From positions 8,866,001-8,930,000 of the forward strand of contig NC_135760.1 of the NCBI RefSeq assembly GCF_052425735.1: a DNA stretch of 64,000 nucleotides, written 5' to 3'. The notes below the pieces were generated by a model that was given only the letters and a program-made list of their open reading frames with translations, was not told the DNA's origin and ran no database searches. Position 1 is the first letter of the stretch; every line of letters starts with the position of its first letter. Below are positions 25,494 through 37,700 of the stretch, piece by piece. Source of the DNA: Oculina patagonica (lineage: Eukaryota). The position numbers and the translations under genes are program-made.

Positions 25494-28058
25494 TTTTTTT
25501 AAAATTTCTTCTACCAGTGAATTATCAATGGTGGAAGTAACACTTCTCTGAGAGAAAAGATTCTAAAATTAAAATAATTGTTAACCGGCAGTTCACATTT
25601 GTTTATTTACAGGCTCCTTACATAGCGACGCAGCAACTTGTGGAAGTTGAACTGTTAAATAAGCCAAAGAAGAAATCAATTGGAAATCAGTCGTAATAAT
25701 TATGTGGTATATGTGTAATGTATCAAATGAAATAAAGGTATATTAAAAATACGGACAAAGTGCTCAGATTTATTGACTAAATTCAAGTGCTGAATTAGTT
25801 GATAGTGGGGGAAATTGTTATGGAAAATATGTCTTCAGCCCTTGTGCAAAAAACGAGATAAGTGTTTCGCCCTCGCGCTCGCTGTCGCGCGCTGTCTTCC
25901 CTCGTGCGCGTTCTTTTGCGTTGAAAAAATTGACAGGCCGTAAACATAAGATAACTCGCGTGCGTGTGTTCAGAATTGAATACATCGTTCGGGGACGAAG
26001 AAGAAATTCGATACTTAATTCGGCATTTTCTGTGTGGATCAATTGAAGTTTTGGACATTTAGTCATTCTAGGTTACTTCAAATCACAGGACAGTAGGCAG
26101 AATTTTGCATGGGTGGATGCGAGCGCCAGAGGTGTGAGCGTCTCAGAGGCGTCCGGGCCGGAGTATTGTCCCCGGGAAATTTTGAAAAATCAAGTTGTTT
26201 AAGTCCACATTTCCTTTCTTTGAGAGTCATTTTAACCATCACTCTCCGATAAGGCAGACCTTTGTGGCACGTGGGGCCGACAAATCAAAAAGGTACTTGT
26301 GCATGGAGTCGGAACATACAAAGGAATTCTAATGAAAAATATCACCTCTACCGCCACATTTTCGCGACCGCCTGCGAATTTTTTCAAAGGCAAATTTTCC
26401 GCAAAAAAAATTTACATGTCGAACAGTGCAGCAGAACTTCACGTCGGCCCGAGGTTTTCAAGTTGTAGGCCTTTTTGTTTCTACCAGTCTGTACCCAAAC
26501 CACATTGTAACAATTTTCAGGACTTGTAAAGTACGTTTTAGCACGGCCAGGGCCACTATGATTGGATTTACAACTCATACCAACACCTTCATGGGATTTT
26601 CTAATTGCACTAAATCTTTGTGATTTACATTGAGAACACGAAAACCGTGAACACTTTCATTATACTTTAAAAAAGGAAGCAGCGGAAATAGTTGACAAAT
26701 TATTTACGAAAACTAACCTGCTGGCTCCATCTCTGTCCATTTGTTTTATATTTCTTGCAGTTTGGGCTATCATTCGATTGTTCCTGAAAAAATTTACATC
26801 TGCAAGATAGATGAAAGAGTTCACGGTTTTCTGGTTTACACTGTAAAATCTCGGTCAATTTCAGCCTCTAGGTTCTTATAAAAGAGGTTCTTTTAAAAAC
26901 TGAGAGTGTATCATTATACTCAGTATGAATAGTATTCCAATTCTTTTGCTTGCTAATCATCATCAGGGCAGGTGTTCTTTTCAAGCCCTTTTCTAAAGGT
27001 TCACTTATATAATTGTAATCAAGGAAGAATTACAGACAGTATTAAAGTAATGGACCATCAACTAGAACAAGCCGGATCTTTCTGTGTTATCTACGAAAGA
27101 GAAGCAAATGCAAACTACTAAGGTTTATGTTGATTACCACCTTTTCATAGTGATGAATTATTTACGGTTATCTGTCTTGCACAATAAGGAATTACAAAGT
27201 TCGTTTCTATATTGGAATGGATATTTTTGTCATCCCATATAGGTATTGCGAGTACGTTTCTATCCGGTCAAAACTTCAAATATAAGGAGACAATTATCAA
27301 TTAAGACCTTCAAAGCTCGACTGTAAATCAGTTCACCTCTCACACAATCGTAACTATATCAGTATGTTTTCGGTTATATTTTTTGAGATATAATATTCCC
27401 ACGGATGCTAGTCGCTCATGTTCTATTAGTCTTCTCTCCTGCCTGTCCAACATTGTATTGATATTATAATAAAAGAAAACTTTATAGTTCCTGCTTACAT
27501 CAGGAAATTTTAAAAGAATAAAGTACATAAAAGATTGAAAATTGTTTTCGTCTGCGTAGCTTTTGGGAACTTTGAAATTCCGCCAGCTACATAGGTTTGA
27601 AACATTATTTCTGACAAGAGACATTTTAATTTAATTTGCAAAATGAACTTTTAAACTTGAATTTCCAGGAGGGACACCAAGTTTGTACACTCGCAAAAAA
27701 GGAAACATATTATTGAAACAAATTACTGCGACAGGAAGCTAAACATGCGACGCTGCCGTCTCTACTAATTAAATTCATTTTAAGTTCAAATACTTAATAC
27801 TTACTTGGTTTCCGTATTGCCGGTCTTAACAAGGTTAACGGAAGGCTATACCATCGGTCGATTGTCGTCGCTGTTGATTGGTTGAGAATGCGAGAAAGCC
27901 AACAAAAAGATCGTCACAACAAGATGTCAAAAGTAATAGTCAAAAACGTTTCCGAGTGCTAAAATAACTAAAGTGCCGGTCTCAAGGCCTTAAAATGAGT
28001 AAATGCATCGCTTGATGACCAGAAAAGGCAGTGTCGAAGTGATACGGTTTGAGAGAAA

Positions 28059-28561
28059 ATGTCCCACAAGATGTTGTTGGTGTTTGTTGCTTTCGTTGTT
28101 TTATTTTCGCTTGAAAGTCAAATTGGTATTACAGCATGGCAGCTGGATGATCTGGAAGGTAGAGACGAATTTCTGAAGCTAACTGTCCTTAAATTCACTT
28201 ATAATCGATATAAACTTGTCCATAAGTTTATATGTCTCGCAGCTAGTTTTTTTCTTTAATAATTTTCTTTCATAAGAATTTCCAAGCATGATTTTATTAT
28301 AACCTAAATCTTTTTACGGGGATTAAGCGAAAGGAAACAAAACTTTTTCACAAGGAGTCCAGGACCCTCAAGTTAGGATTACAGAATTCACAAAAAAATT
28401 ATTTGCCTTTTTGAGTTAAACTGCTCACTTTGTTTCTGTCAACAGATTGTGTCAATACTGGGTCCAACGCCTTCTGCAGCAGGTTTCGAAAGTTTTGTAG
28501 TAGTGAAAGAAATGGAGATTTCATGAAGAAATATTGTCGGTTTTCTTGTGGCGAGTGTTAG
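28059..28561 (+). CDS. Damicornin-like/ShKT peptide precursor, gene 4 (71 aa), lacking the pro-piece exon
   Basis: Exons 28059-28158 and 28446-28561 with a phase-1 intron. Translation: MSHKMLLVFVAFVVLFSLESQIGITA-WQLDDLED-CVNTGSNAFCSRFRKFCSSERNGDFMKKYCRFSCGEC*. Spacing C-x8-C-x6-C-x12-C-x3-C-x2-C. 3'UTR intron 28571-29375; AATAAA at 29459. Confidence 0.9.
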
Positions 28562-28610
28562 TTTGTTACGGTAGGTATCAAAGTTAATTATTTATTCATT
28601 TTACAATCGT

Positions 28611-28628
28611 GGCTCCAGTTGTTTAAAG

Positions 28629-28663
<35 letters not shown>

Positions 28664-28760
28664 GGGTGGATAGCGAAGTAGGTTTTATATGACAGTTATC
28701 CACTGGATAGCGATTTATCTGGTGGCTAGCGTTATTTGCCCTTTGAACAACTGGGCCCTG
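28611..28760. mobile_element. Short palindromic MITE
   Basis: ggctccagttgtttaaagg ... cctttgaacaactgggccc with an internal ggataacgctatcc palindrome. Confidence 0.65.
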
Positions 28761-30866
28761 CAGGACAAGACTGTTGAGACACTTGTCTAATTTTTCACTT
28801 ACTTGTGCTGGCACGGGTCATTTTTTTTTTTTCAATCCCCCCTCCCCCCATTCCAATGTTGTCAATGCTGTTGTGTTGTGAATGCAAAGCCGGGCGAAAT
28901 GAAAACCACAGAAAGAAAATTGAGCGGGATATAGGGAAATAGAATATTTCTTACCCTCTCGTAAGTCAAGACATTTGCGAAAAGTAGGTGACATTCGTTT
29001 GTCTCGACGAGTTTTGTCCGGATTGTAGTTTAAGAGTGTTTTTGGAGACTTTTGCGAAAGATAACAAAATGCCTTCTGAGCGAAAACGGTCGAGTAACAT
29101 GAGCTTAAACCTGTTGGCGATCCTCTACACTTTTCCTTTGAAAGTTGCAGTTAAAACAGTGAAATCGGCATTAACCACGTTTTGATACATCCAGCCGTAC
29201 ATAGTGTCAAAATGAACTCTGTTTTTGTCCATTTTATACAAGAAGGATGAACTAATATATGCTCCAGCCTTTCCCTAGCTCGTAGAACGAGTCCCGTTAT
29301 TTCCATATTTTATCTACTGTAACTTAATTTAGTTCTGGAAACTAATAAATCTAACTTTTTTTTTTTTATCTTTAGGCAGATTTTACCTCTCTGCTGTAAA
29401 GGAATTACAAGCAACTTTGCAGAAATGTCGGAGATGTTGCCAAGAAAATCTGCAATGCAATAAAAGCAATATCATCAGACTTTTTTATTGTGATTTTTGG
29501 CGTATTTATTTCTCTGCGGGGGAGGGTTAATAACCATCGTTTGGCCTTAGCTCCTAGTGAGGAAGAGGGGTCGTTAAAGAGTTCAAGAATATGTATCGCA
29601 ATTCATTTTATTTTTGCGAGGTATAAATTTGCGAAAAGTATGCAAAACGAGCCGACCAAAAATTAAAAATCTGGCGCCATGAAACGAGGACGCAAAATTT
29701 GTTTCTTTTCAGTAAGAGATGAGTGCACGTTTGTGTTGTGTTTTTGTAATTTTCCGACCCTAATATTATAATTTATTCTATGTAATTTGGCTTCTTAGGA
29801 AACCAACACCCTTTTAACTTTAATCTTTTTTGTATAAATTTCTTCTTTTTTATGTATAAGGATTAAATAAAGATTGCTGTTGTTGTTACAGCGAACAAGC
29901 AACACCTACTATTTTTCAAAAAACCCTCGAAACTCGAAATCGGTGAAAGAAACCTCGTAAAAAGAATGAGAATAAGCGTCAGTAAGCTCCTTTGCAGATG
30001 TCGTTTGGGGTCTTCTTGTACTTGCATAGCAATGCACACCATTTCAAACACAATGCAACTTGCACACGATTTCTTTATTTTTAACAAAAAGCTACGCCAT
30101 TATAAGCAATATTTTTACGACTTGAAACATTTATGCTATTTAACGCTGGCCCCTTTTTCTTCTGGGTCGAGTGTATCAGTTCCGTCAGAAACAAGGCATG
30201 ATATTTCGGCGAGACACCTATCGGGTGACTTTGATCATTTCAATTTTTTTTATTTATGACAGTAATAACTATTTTCTTTTTCCTCTTCTAAATTTTGACA
30301 AAAAGAAGTGACCAGATTTTAACAATTATGACCATTACGGACCAATGTACGCAGCTTAGGCGGAGATAAAATCGAAAACGCATTTATCAAAAAACCTTAA
30401 TTAAAAAAGACGGAAACGTTTTAAATAAAACCAACAGTTTTCATACCCTGCTTTCGTAATTGTGTATATTGAGATACACTGGATAAAGAGGTGTGGGGTT
30501 TTATACCAATGCAAGAAACTCAAGGTTATCTGTGTTTCTCCTCTCAATTTTGGCAACGTGCAAAACTCTCTCATGCATACCAATTCCTAAATGGTTAGTG
30601 GACATTGAAGAGAAGCGGCCAGCTGGCGGAAAGATGTGTTAAAAAAAGTTTCAAAAACTTTGACAAGGTCTGTACGGAGCATAGTTGAAGAGAACTTTAG
30701 AAACATTAGCCATATTCTTTTAGCAAAAGCGACACAGTTTGCATGCCTTGTTTTAATACATAGGCTAGTTCATTGTGTACATGACTCGTAAATTGCATAA
30801 AGCAATTTGGGGTCGTATGCCAAACCACGCCAGGTTATCAAGGAAATGATAATACCGATTGTATCT

Positions 30867-31315
30867 TACCGTATTTATTCGATTAAGCGGCCAACCTCGA
30901 ATAAGCGCCCACCTCGAATAAGCGCCCACCCTGAAGAAAAGAAAAGATAATAGGCACCCAGCCTCGAATAAGCGCCCACCCCCCGCCCCACAAAAAAAAA
31001 AAAACTAAATAGCACAAGAGGAGTATTGATTATCGAAATTGACTAAGAACTACGAAGACGACTTCCCCCATGACCAAGTTTTCTCAGTATTTTACAGAAA
31101 CTTTCAATGAACAGTTAAAATTCTGCTTTGGTACATCTTCACGTTTTGTTATTATGTATTGTTTTGTTACAAAAATAAACTTATTTTTTGCTAGAAAATC
31201 GCAAAAATTTAATAAGCGCCCAGACTCGAACAAGCGCCCACCTCGAATAAGCGCCCATTCTCAAGGACCAAAAATTTAATAAGCGCCCAGGGCGCTTAAT
31301 CGATTGAATACGGTA
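30867..31315 (+). mobile_element. pogo/Tc2-like MITE (TA|CCGTATT termini)
   Basis: taccgtatttattcgattaagcg ... cgcttaatcgattgaatacggta, with internal cctcgaataagcgccc repeats. Confidence 0.8.
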
Positions 31316-31757
31316 TAACACTATATGCCTAACAAGAGCTGAGAGGCTTCTAAATTGCATGTAATCAACACTGTTTTGCAGTGCTGGATATTTGGGTTAA
31401 GTCACAAAAAGGATTTCAGTTGAAAGAATTTTCTAGAGAATTATTTTTCTAATTCACAGCTTGGAGATTTGGCAACCTAACTGGAAAATAATTATGTTTT
31501 TAGTTTGTACTTTCAGTGTCATAGTATATTTATATATATTGTTTGTTTACAAACGATCGTGTTGGTCCTAGCTTTCGTGTGTTATAATTATTAAAAAGTT
31601 CTTATTAAAAGAGTTTAATACCTTTTGAACTTGAACTTGAAGAACCAGATGGTTTTAATGTTTATAACAAAGTATTTAACGCGCTCTTTGTCTCATTTTG
31701 CAGATTTCAGTCGTTCGGGTACGAGTTCGCCTAAGCTGAAGAACCTGAAGATATACG

Positions 31758-34700
31758 ATGAAAAACCATGCGGTCTTCCGTCTCGTTCTGGTTGTTGGGA
31801 TTTTTGCAGGAGCTGTGCGTATTGGCCATGCCAAGTAAGAAGATGTTTTGAATTGATCTGGCCGGAAAATGTTCTAAAAATGTTCTTATTTTCTTTTCCA
31901 TTTTTCCCCATTTTTTTAAACAAGACGGTATTGCAGTAAATCAAATAATAGATCTCAATCGGGTATGTTCGCAAGTTAATTGTACAAAAATGAATGTGAA
32001 ATGATGTTAAAAACTAAACTACATTTTGAAAGCGCTTTGTATCGAAAATTTAAGTGCTGTTCTTTCCCAAATTTCATCATGCCCTCAGATTCCGCCTTTC
32101 TCAGCTTTGCAATGTTAAATTTATATTTTACTAGTGGCTGAATAGTAGAATATAGTATGGTAGAATTCTTAAATAGATCATGTACGGTAGAAATAATTTA
32201 AAGTGTATAAATGCCGACTTTCCTTTCCTTCTAGATGCAAAGATCGTCGCGATGAATTACAAACTGAACTCAAAAGGTAAATGGAAAGGATTTGTCAGTC
32301 TGTCATGCAGTCAGTCATTCTAACAAATATTTTATATAGGAAACGTAAGATCGAAACGAAGTTTAGGTTTTGTTTCTGTTTGTTTTCTAAAATTAGTCCG
32401 GCTACGCAAAGAGCAAAGAATTGAATATAAAAAAGTGACCAATAGCTTAGCCTTTGTTATTAAAACTTTAATATGTCTGCAAGAGGATATTTTAACATGA
32501 CGAACAGGCGAGACCCGAGCTTGCAATGGGGTCCATAGAAAGAATTTTGGCCCCCAAATGAGTGCTCATTAATTGTGTGCGCCATGCACTGCAAGCAATC
32601 TCACAATGACTATTCGATCGGCTTATAGCTCTTAAATTTTAAAGTGTAGAGCGATGAATAGCTATAGAATTCTTCACAGTTTTATTACATTGTTGAGCTA
32701 GCAGGTGGAGCCGTAGAAATTAAGGAAACCACTAACCTTTAAATTAAATAATATGTAGTAATCAGTATATGGACAATTGATATTAAAGGTCGAGATACAA
32801 CATGTCGCCGGGACAAGTTGCCGTAACATGTTGCCTCGTGTGACATGGTGCATTTCTGCTAGAATCTTTGTTACAGCTGCGACAGATTTTTGTCGCTGCG
32901 ATACCCCCTAAGTTTGAACTCGTGCGAATGATTGAGCGAAAGCAGTGTTGTAGCAGCGTGTGCACACTTCTGCGACAAGTCGCTGCGACAAAATATGAAT
33001 TACCTAATGAGAGAGCGTCATGTATTTTTGCCACTCTTCCAAATTCGCTGGGTGTGCATCGAAAAAGGGCCTTGTCGCAGCGACTTGTTTTGAAGCAGTA
33101 CACACGGAGCGACTTGTCGCAGAGACCTGTCGCAGAGACCTGTCGATGCGACTTGTTGCCTAGTGTGTCCCGACCTTAAAAGCCAGGTAGGACTGAAATG
33201 AGTTGAATTAGACTAACACGGATACCAATAAGAAAAAAATCTCCGTGATTGCGTGATTGAGAGTTTTAATGCTGTTGTTTTCTCTCTGGAGTCTGAAGTT
33301 AGGTATCAGCCTTTATACTTTTGTATACTGCTCTAATTAGTTTTAATTAATCCTGGTTTCTTTTTACTCGGTCCTGTAGGTTATTTTCAGTAGGTTTCAC
33401 AAAGGAATAAGTAATTAGTTGTGGTGTTCTAGGATATATGGCTTGAATTATACAAAGTGAGATGTGACCAAACTTTAGGATAACATAAGACGTATTGCAA
33501 GAATTAACATGATCGTTAATTTTTAGGCTAAAAGAAGAGTTTGCCGCACTAAGGAAAAACGTAAAGGAAAAGGAAGAAATCAATCAGTTAACCAAAGTAG
33601 TAAGTTTCTCGTTTCTCGGCGGTAGCCGTTACTTTTTTTCTACTTTCTTTTTAACTAGTCAAGATGTAGCATGTGATTTAAAGGTATCGGTGTAGAAAAT
33701 GTAGTGGTCTGGGCACATAATCCTTCACGCTCAACATTCTACAATTGTTTGTTCCATAATCATAATGGTTTCCCTTGTCTTTTATTTTTAACGCAGGATC
33801 TTCTTAAAACGATTGCGGGAGGCATTTCAAAGTAAGTACAACATCACGACATTTATGGCATTTTTAACGACATGCGCCGTCATGTTTTGCTTGTTATGTT
33901 CGGGTTGGCAAAAGGGTCAGGGGTGAGCGTCAACAAGCTAGGGCTTTGCCTCATGCCTCGCCGCGCCGATATTTTCCGGCCACAAAATCCAGCAATTAAA
34001 TCAAAGCAATTTCGCGCATGCTTTGGATATACCGCAGTTTGTTTTCTCTACTTTTTAGCGGAGCTCTTCAGCGCGCGCCAGGCGCGGAGGGAGCACCAGG
34101 GTAATGCGGGTACGAGAGAATTTGTAAACCCAGGAGGCCGAAAAAATTTGGTGCGTCGCCCGACCGCGCGCGCACAGACTCTCGGGGAGGGGGAGGGGAG
34201 TCCCAAGGCAACCCAAGAGAGGGGGGAGGGGAGACAATCTTCTGCCTCCTTCGTTAACCAGAGAGAGTCGACAAATGAATTGGACACAAGTCAGACAGCG
34301 TCAAAACAACGATCCGCGACCAGATCAAGACAACGCGGGCCAGAAAGGGTGCGTGTTTTGAAGTTGACCGCTGACAAGGAAAGAGTCCGCGGGCGAAAAA
34401 AAGAGAAACCCAAAAAAGAGAGAACGGCTACCCCGCTAAAGGCAAAAGGAAGAGGAGAAAGGGGGAAGAGGCCAGGGGAGAAACGAACAAGAAAAAGAAG
34501 ACCCGAAAAAAACCCGCCCGCCCCCCCCAAAAGAAGAAGGAAAAAAAAAAAAAATGCGAGAGGTTTATTTAAAGAAAAGTGAGAAGTACGCGCCACACGC
34601 CAGTTAGTTGCACTGTACACCTTTAGCACCTATAGAAGTTCTCAAATTCGTCAAAAAAAAATAATAGAAATTTAATTTCATAAATTAGAATGCCTAATTA

Positions 34701-37700
34701 AATCTATACCCTACCTCGCTGTGGAAGGTTAAATGTTTAATGCCACCTCCCCTCACAAACTCCTCAATAATTAAAGGCCACCAAGTTAGAAAGTGAACAA
34801 GGGAGCCTCAAACAAAGGAGCAGGAAAAAATAGCTCAAAAAGACATTTTTCACAGGTTCTTATACCAAGGAAAACCAAAACAGATCCATCCCAGTAAGGT
34901 AATGAAGTTCAAAAGGGCTAGCGGGAGGGAGAGAGGGAAGCCATAACCGTAAGGGTGAGGGTGATAAAAAAAATAGTATGACAGTAAAAAAAATATGCTA
35001 TATATTAAATCAAGCAAAATTTTTTATAAAAAAAAAAAATATTTAAAAAAAAAGAAAAGAAAAATCCACATTTGTGTGTAAGTATTTTTAAAATAGTAAA
35101 TAAAAAAGAAAAAAAAAATAGAGAAAAAAAAAAAAGAAGTAAAGATGTGAAATGAAACTATTGCATTAAGCCCATAAGAAAGGGAGAAAAAAAAAAAAAG
35201 GAAAGGGAGGAAAAATAAAAAAAAAGACATTTAAGGACCAGGGGAGAAGTATAGTTTTTTTTTTTTTTGGGGGGTGGGGAGGGGTGATGTGGAAAAGAAT
35301 AAGTTGTTCATTGTTCATTTTTTGGGTTAGCTTTCACTTAGTTTTTGTGGTTAGCTTTCACTTTTTTGGAGTTAGTTGTTTGGGCAACAGTGTAAACCAT
35401 AGTATAACCTGCCATTTCCATTCAAAATTAAAAATGGAAATAGTGAAAATGAAAATGAATAAATGAGTGAATGAAAAAAATTAAAATCAATTATTATAAA
35501 TGTAGATGTTTGTTATTTCCTTTTACTCTAAATGTAAAGTGATTTTTTTTTTTTAAACTGGTAAAGCAACAACAAAAATGATGCCATGTGATATGCCTAT
35601 CTACCCCGACATGCAGCCCTACTCCTCCCTCCTTTTTTTCTACATGAAGGTAAATAATTGCCGTTTTGCAACATAATTTCCCATCCAGACTTCTTTATGA
35701 TAATGCTTTCGGTGGAATTATAAATTTTGATTGATTTTTTTGTTTTTTTTGGTGTTGTGTACAGGTACCCGGAGGGGGGGATGGTACTCCCATATAAGAG
35801 TATAGGGTATGTGCCGCTCAACATGGTATGCTTTTTGTCTCTCGACTTGAAACAGGGTATACAAATCACCTTTTGACTCTAGAACAGGGTTATTGTTTTC
35901 CCAGAATCTGATTAAACACTATCAAGTATATAGCTATGAAACTCCGCTCCTTCTTCTAGAGACGAAAGTCAAGTGAGAGTTTGTGATGTACGGTAGTGTT
36001 TTTATATCTATCTTCATATTTTATTGTGGATATTGTGGAAGGTACCTACTTTGCAGTGTTTGTCTGGAGGTCGCAAATTGAACCTTTTGTCTCTGGAACA
36101 GGTCCAGAGTCTCAGCAACTCAACGGCACACCCCCATAGTAAATTTTAGGGAGTACCCCCCCCCCCCACCCCGGACACGGTAAAAAAGAAATAAGGAAAA
36201 ATATTAATTATTATTTATTAAAAAAATAAAACGAATATAAAATTCTTACCTTAAAGTTTTCTGGCCAGAATAGAGTCAAAAAGTGCAAAATAATTAACTG
36301 GGGAGCTCCGTTTTAGGCTTGCCTAAATTTATATATTATGGCAATAGGCCTAGAAGGGCTGGAAGCCGCTGGGTTGACTTCGCTTGCAGTTTACTCTTTT
36401 CAATGGTCGGGGACCCCTACCTTTTCTCGAACGATAGCTTTCTTTTCCAATTTTCTAAAGTGGGATTAAATCCTGCCATTTTGCGTCTGTCAGCCCAGTT
36501 CTAATGCGGTCGCTAAATAATTAGGGAAACTTTAAGAAACGTCACCACTTAAACCAGTTTTCTTAATACATCCACTTACACAATTTTTGGCAGCGAATGT
36601 TGCATTTCAGGGATTTATTTGCAGTATCTAAGACTAAAAGAGATTGAGGCCATATATTCAGCGACAAAGACTGATTTTTTTTCAAAGATAGGTGTTTTTT
36701 GGACATGTTTTCTCCGCAAGGAATTCGGTACCCCACCCCTTTCCCCTTTCTTTTTTTCTAATATTTCTGATACGAGTGACTCATAATTTGTCACAGTGGT
36801 GAATGGTTTAAAAAAACTAAATGTTAAAAGAAGGGCCTTGGATTCGCTGAAAGCGTTTCTTTTGGGCGAGTAGTCAATAGTTACTGTTTTAGTATACAAA
36901 ATGTTTGTTCTAGCACTCCAAATATTACTACTTTTCTTTTGCATATTTGATTTTGTATGTCATTTAATTTCAGCCTTAATTTTTTAATTCATTTATTCGA
37001 CAGCATCACTTACTTGAAGACCGATGTTGAAAACGTCCAGGATAAGGCAGAAAACTTCTGCCTGTCCTGCCAAGAGGTATGTAATAATAAATTATAAAAA
37101 AATAACCTTCGACACGTACGTAAATTAAGCTTTATGAATTTCATTCATTATTCGACTAATTTTATCATTTGTATTTTACAGGAAAAGACCAAGTGTCCAA
37201 ACATTTTAAGTCTGATCAACGGCCGGTAGGAGCTTTATTCCCGAATAACGGGCTGACGCCGTAGCCAGAGTTCTGGGTTTGCACTAATGATGAGAGGCAG
37301 AACTCATGTTCTCTGTCAGTATTGTGTTCTAGGGCAAGACCCTTAATTTTCGGGGGCATGAAAAAGTTTAGGAGAATTGTTAGGCAGCCCAACACAATTC
37401 TTGTTGATGGGTATACTCATGAGGCGGGCAACCATCTCATTAAGTCAAAGAGAAATAGATCAATTGCAGAAAACGAGAGCTTTGCAGTTGTCAGTCACTA
37501 GCAAGATTTCAAGATTTTCAAGGCTGGAAAGATATTTTTTTCGTTTCATGCATTTCTTGACAGTTTCCCATTTTAAAACTATAAAATTCCAATGTGGCGA
37601 TACGGAAATTTGCTGTTTCACTGAATGAAGCCTTCCGCACACTAGCCGATTTTTCGTCGGCCGTCTAAAAATCTTCACTTGTCGGTTAAATATAGGACAG

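Noticed and set aside
33872-35290. Longest ORF in the track (236 aa, 33872-34582) and neighbouring ORFs
   Set aside because: The sequence is purine-skewed and homopolymer-rich, resembling unpolished long-read gap fill. It lies in intron 4 of paralogue A and the translation is low-complexity with no domain. Exons 4 and 5 join in frame across it, as in B and C.
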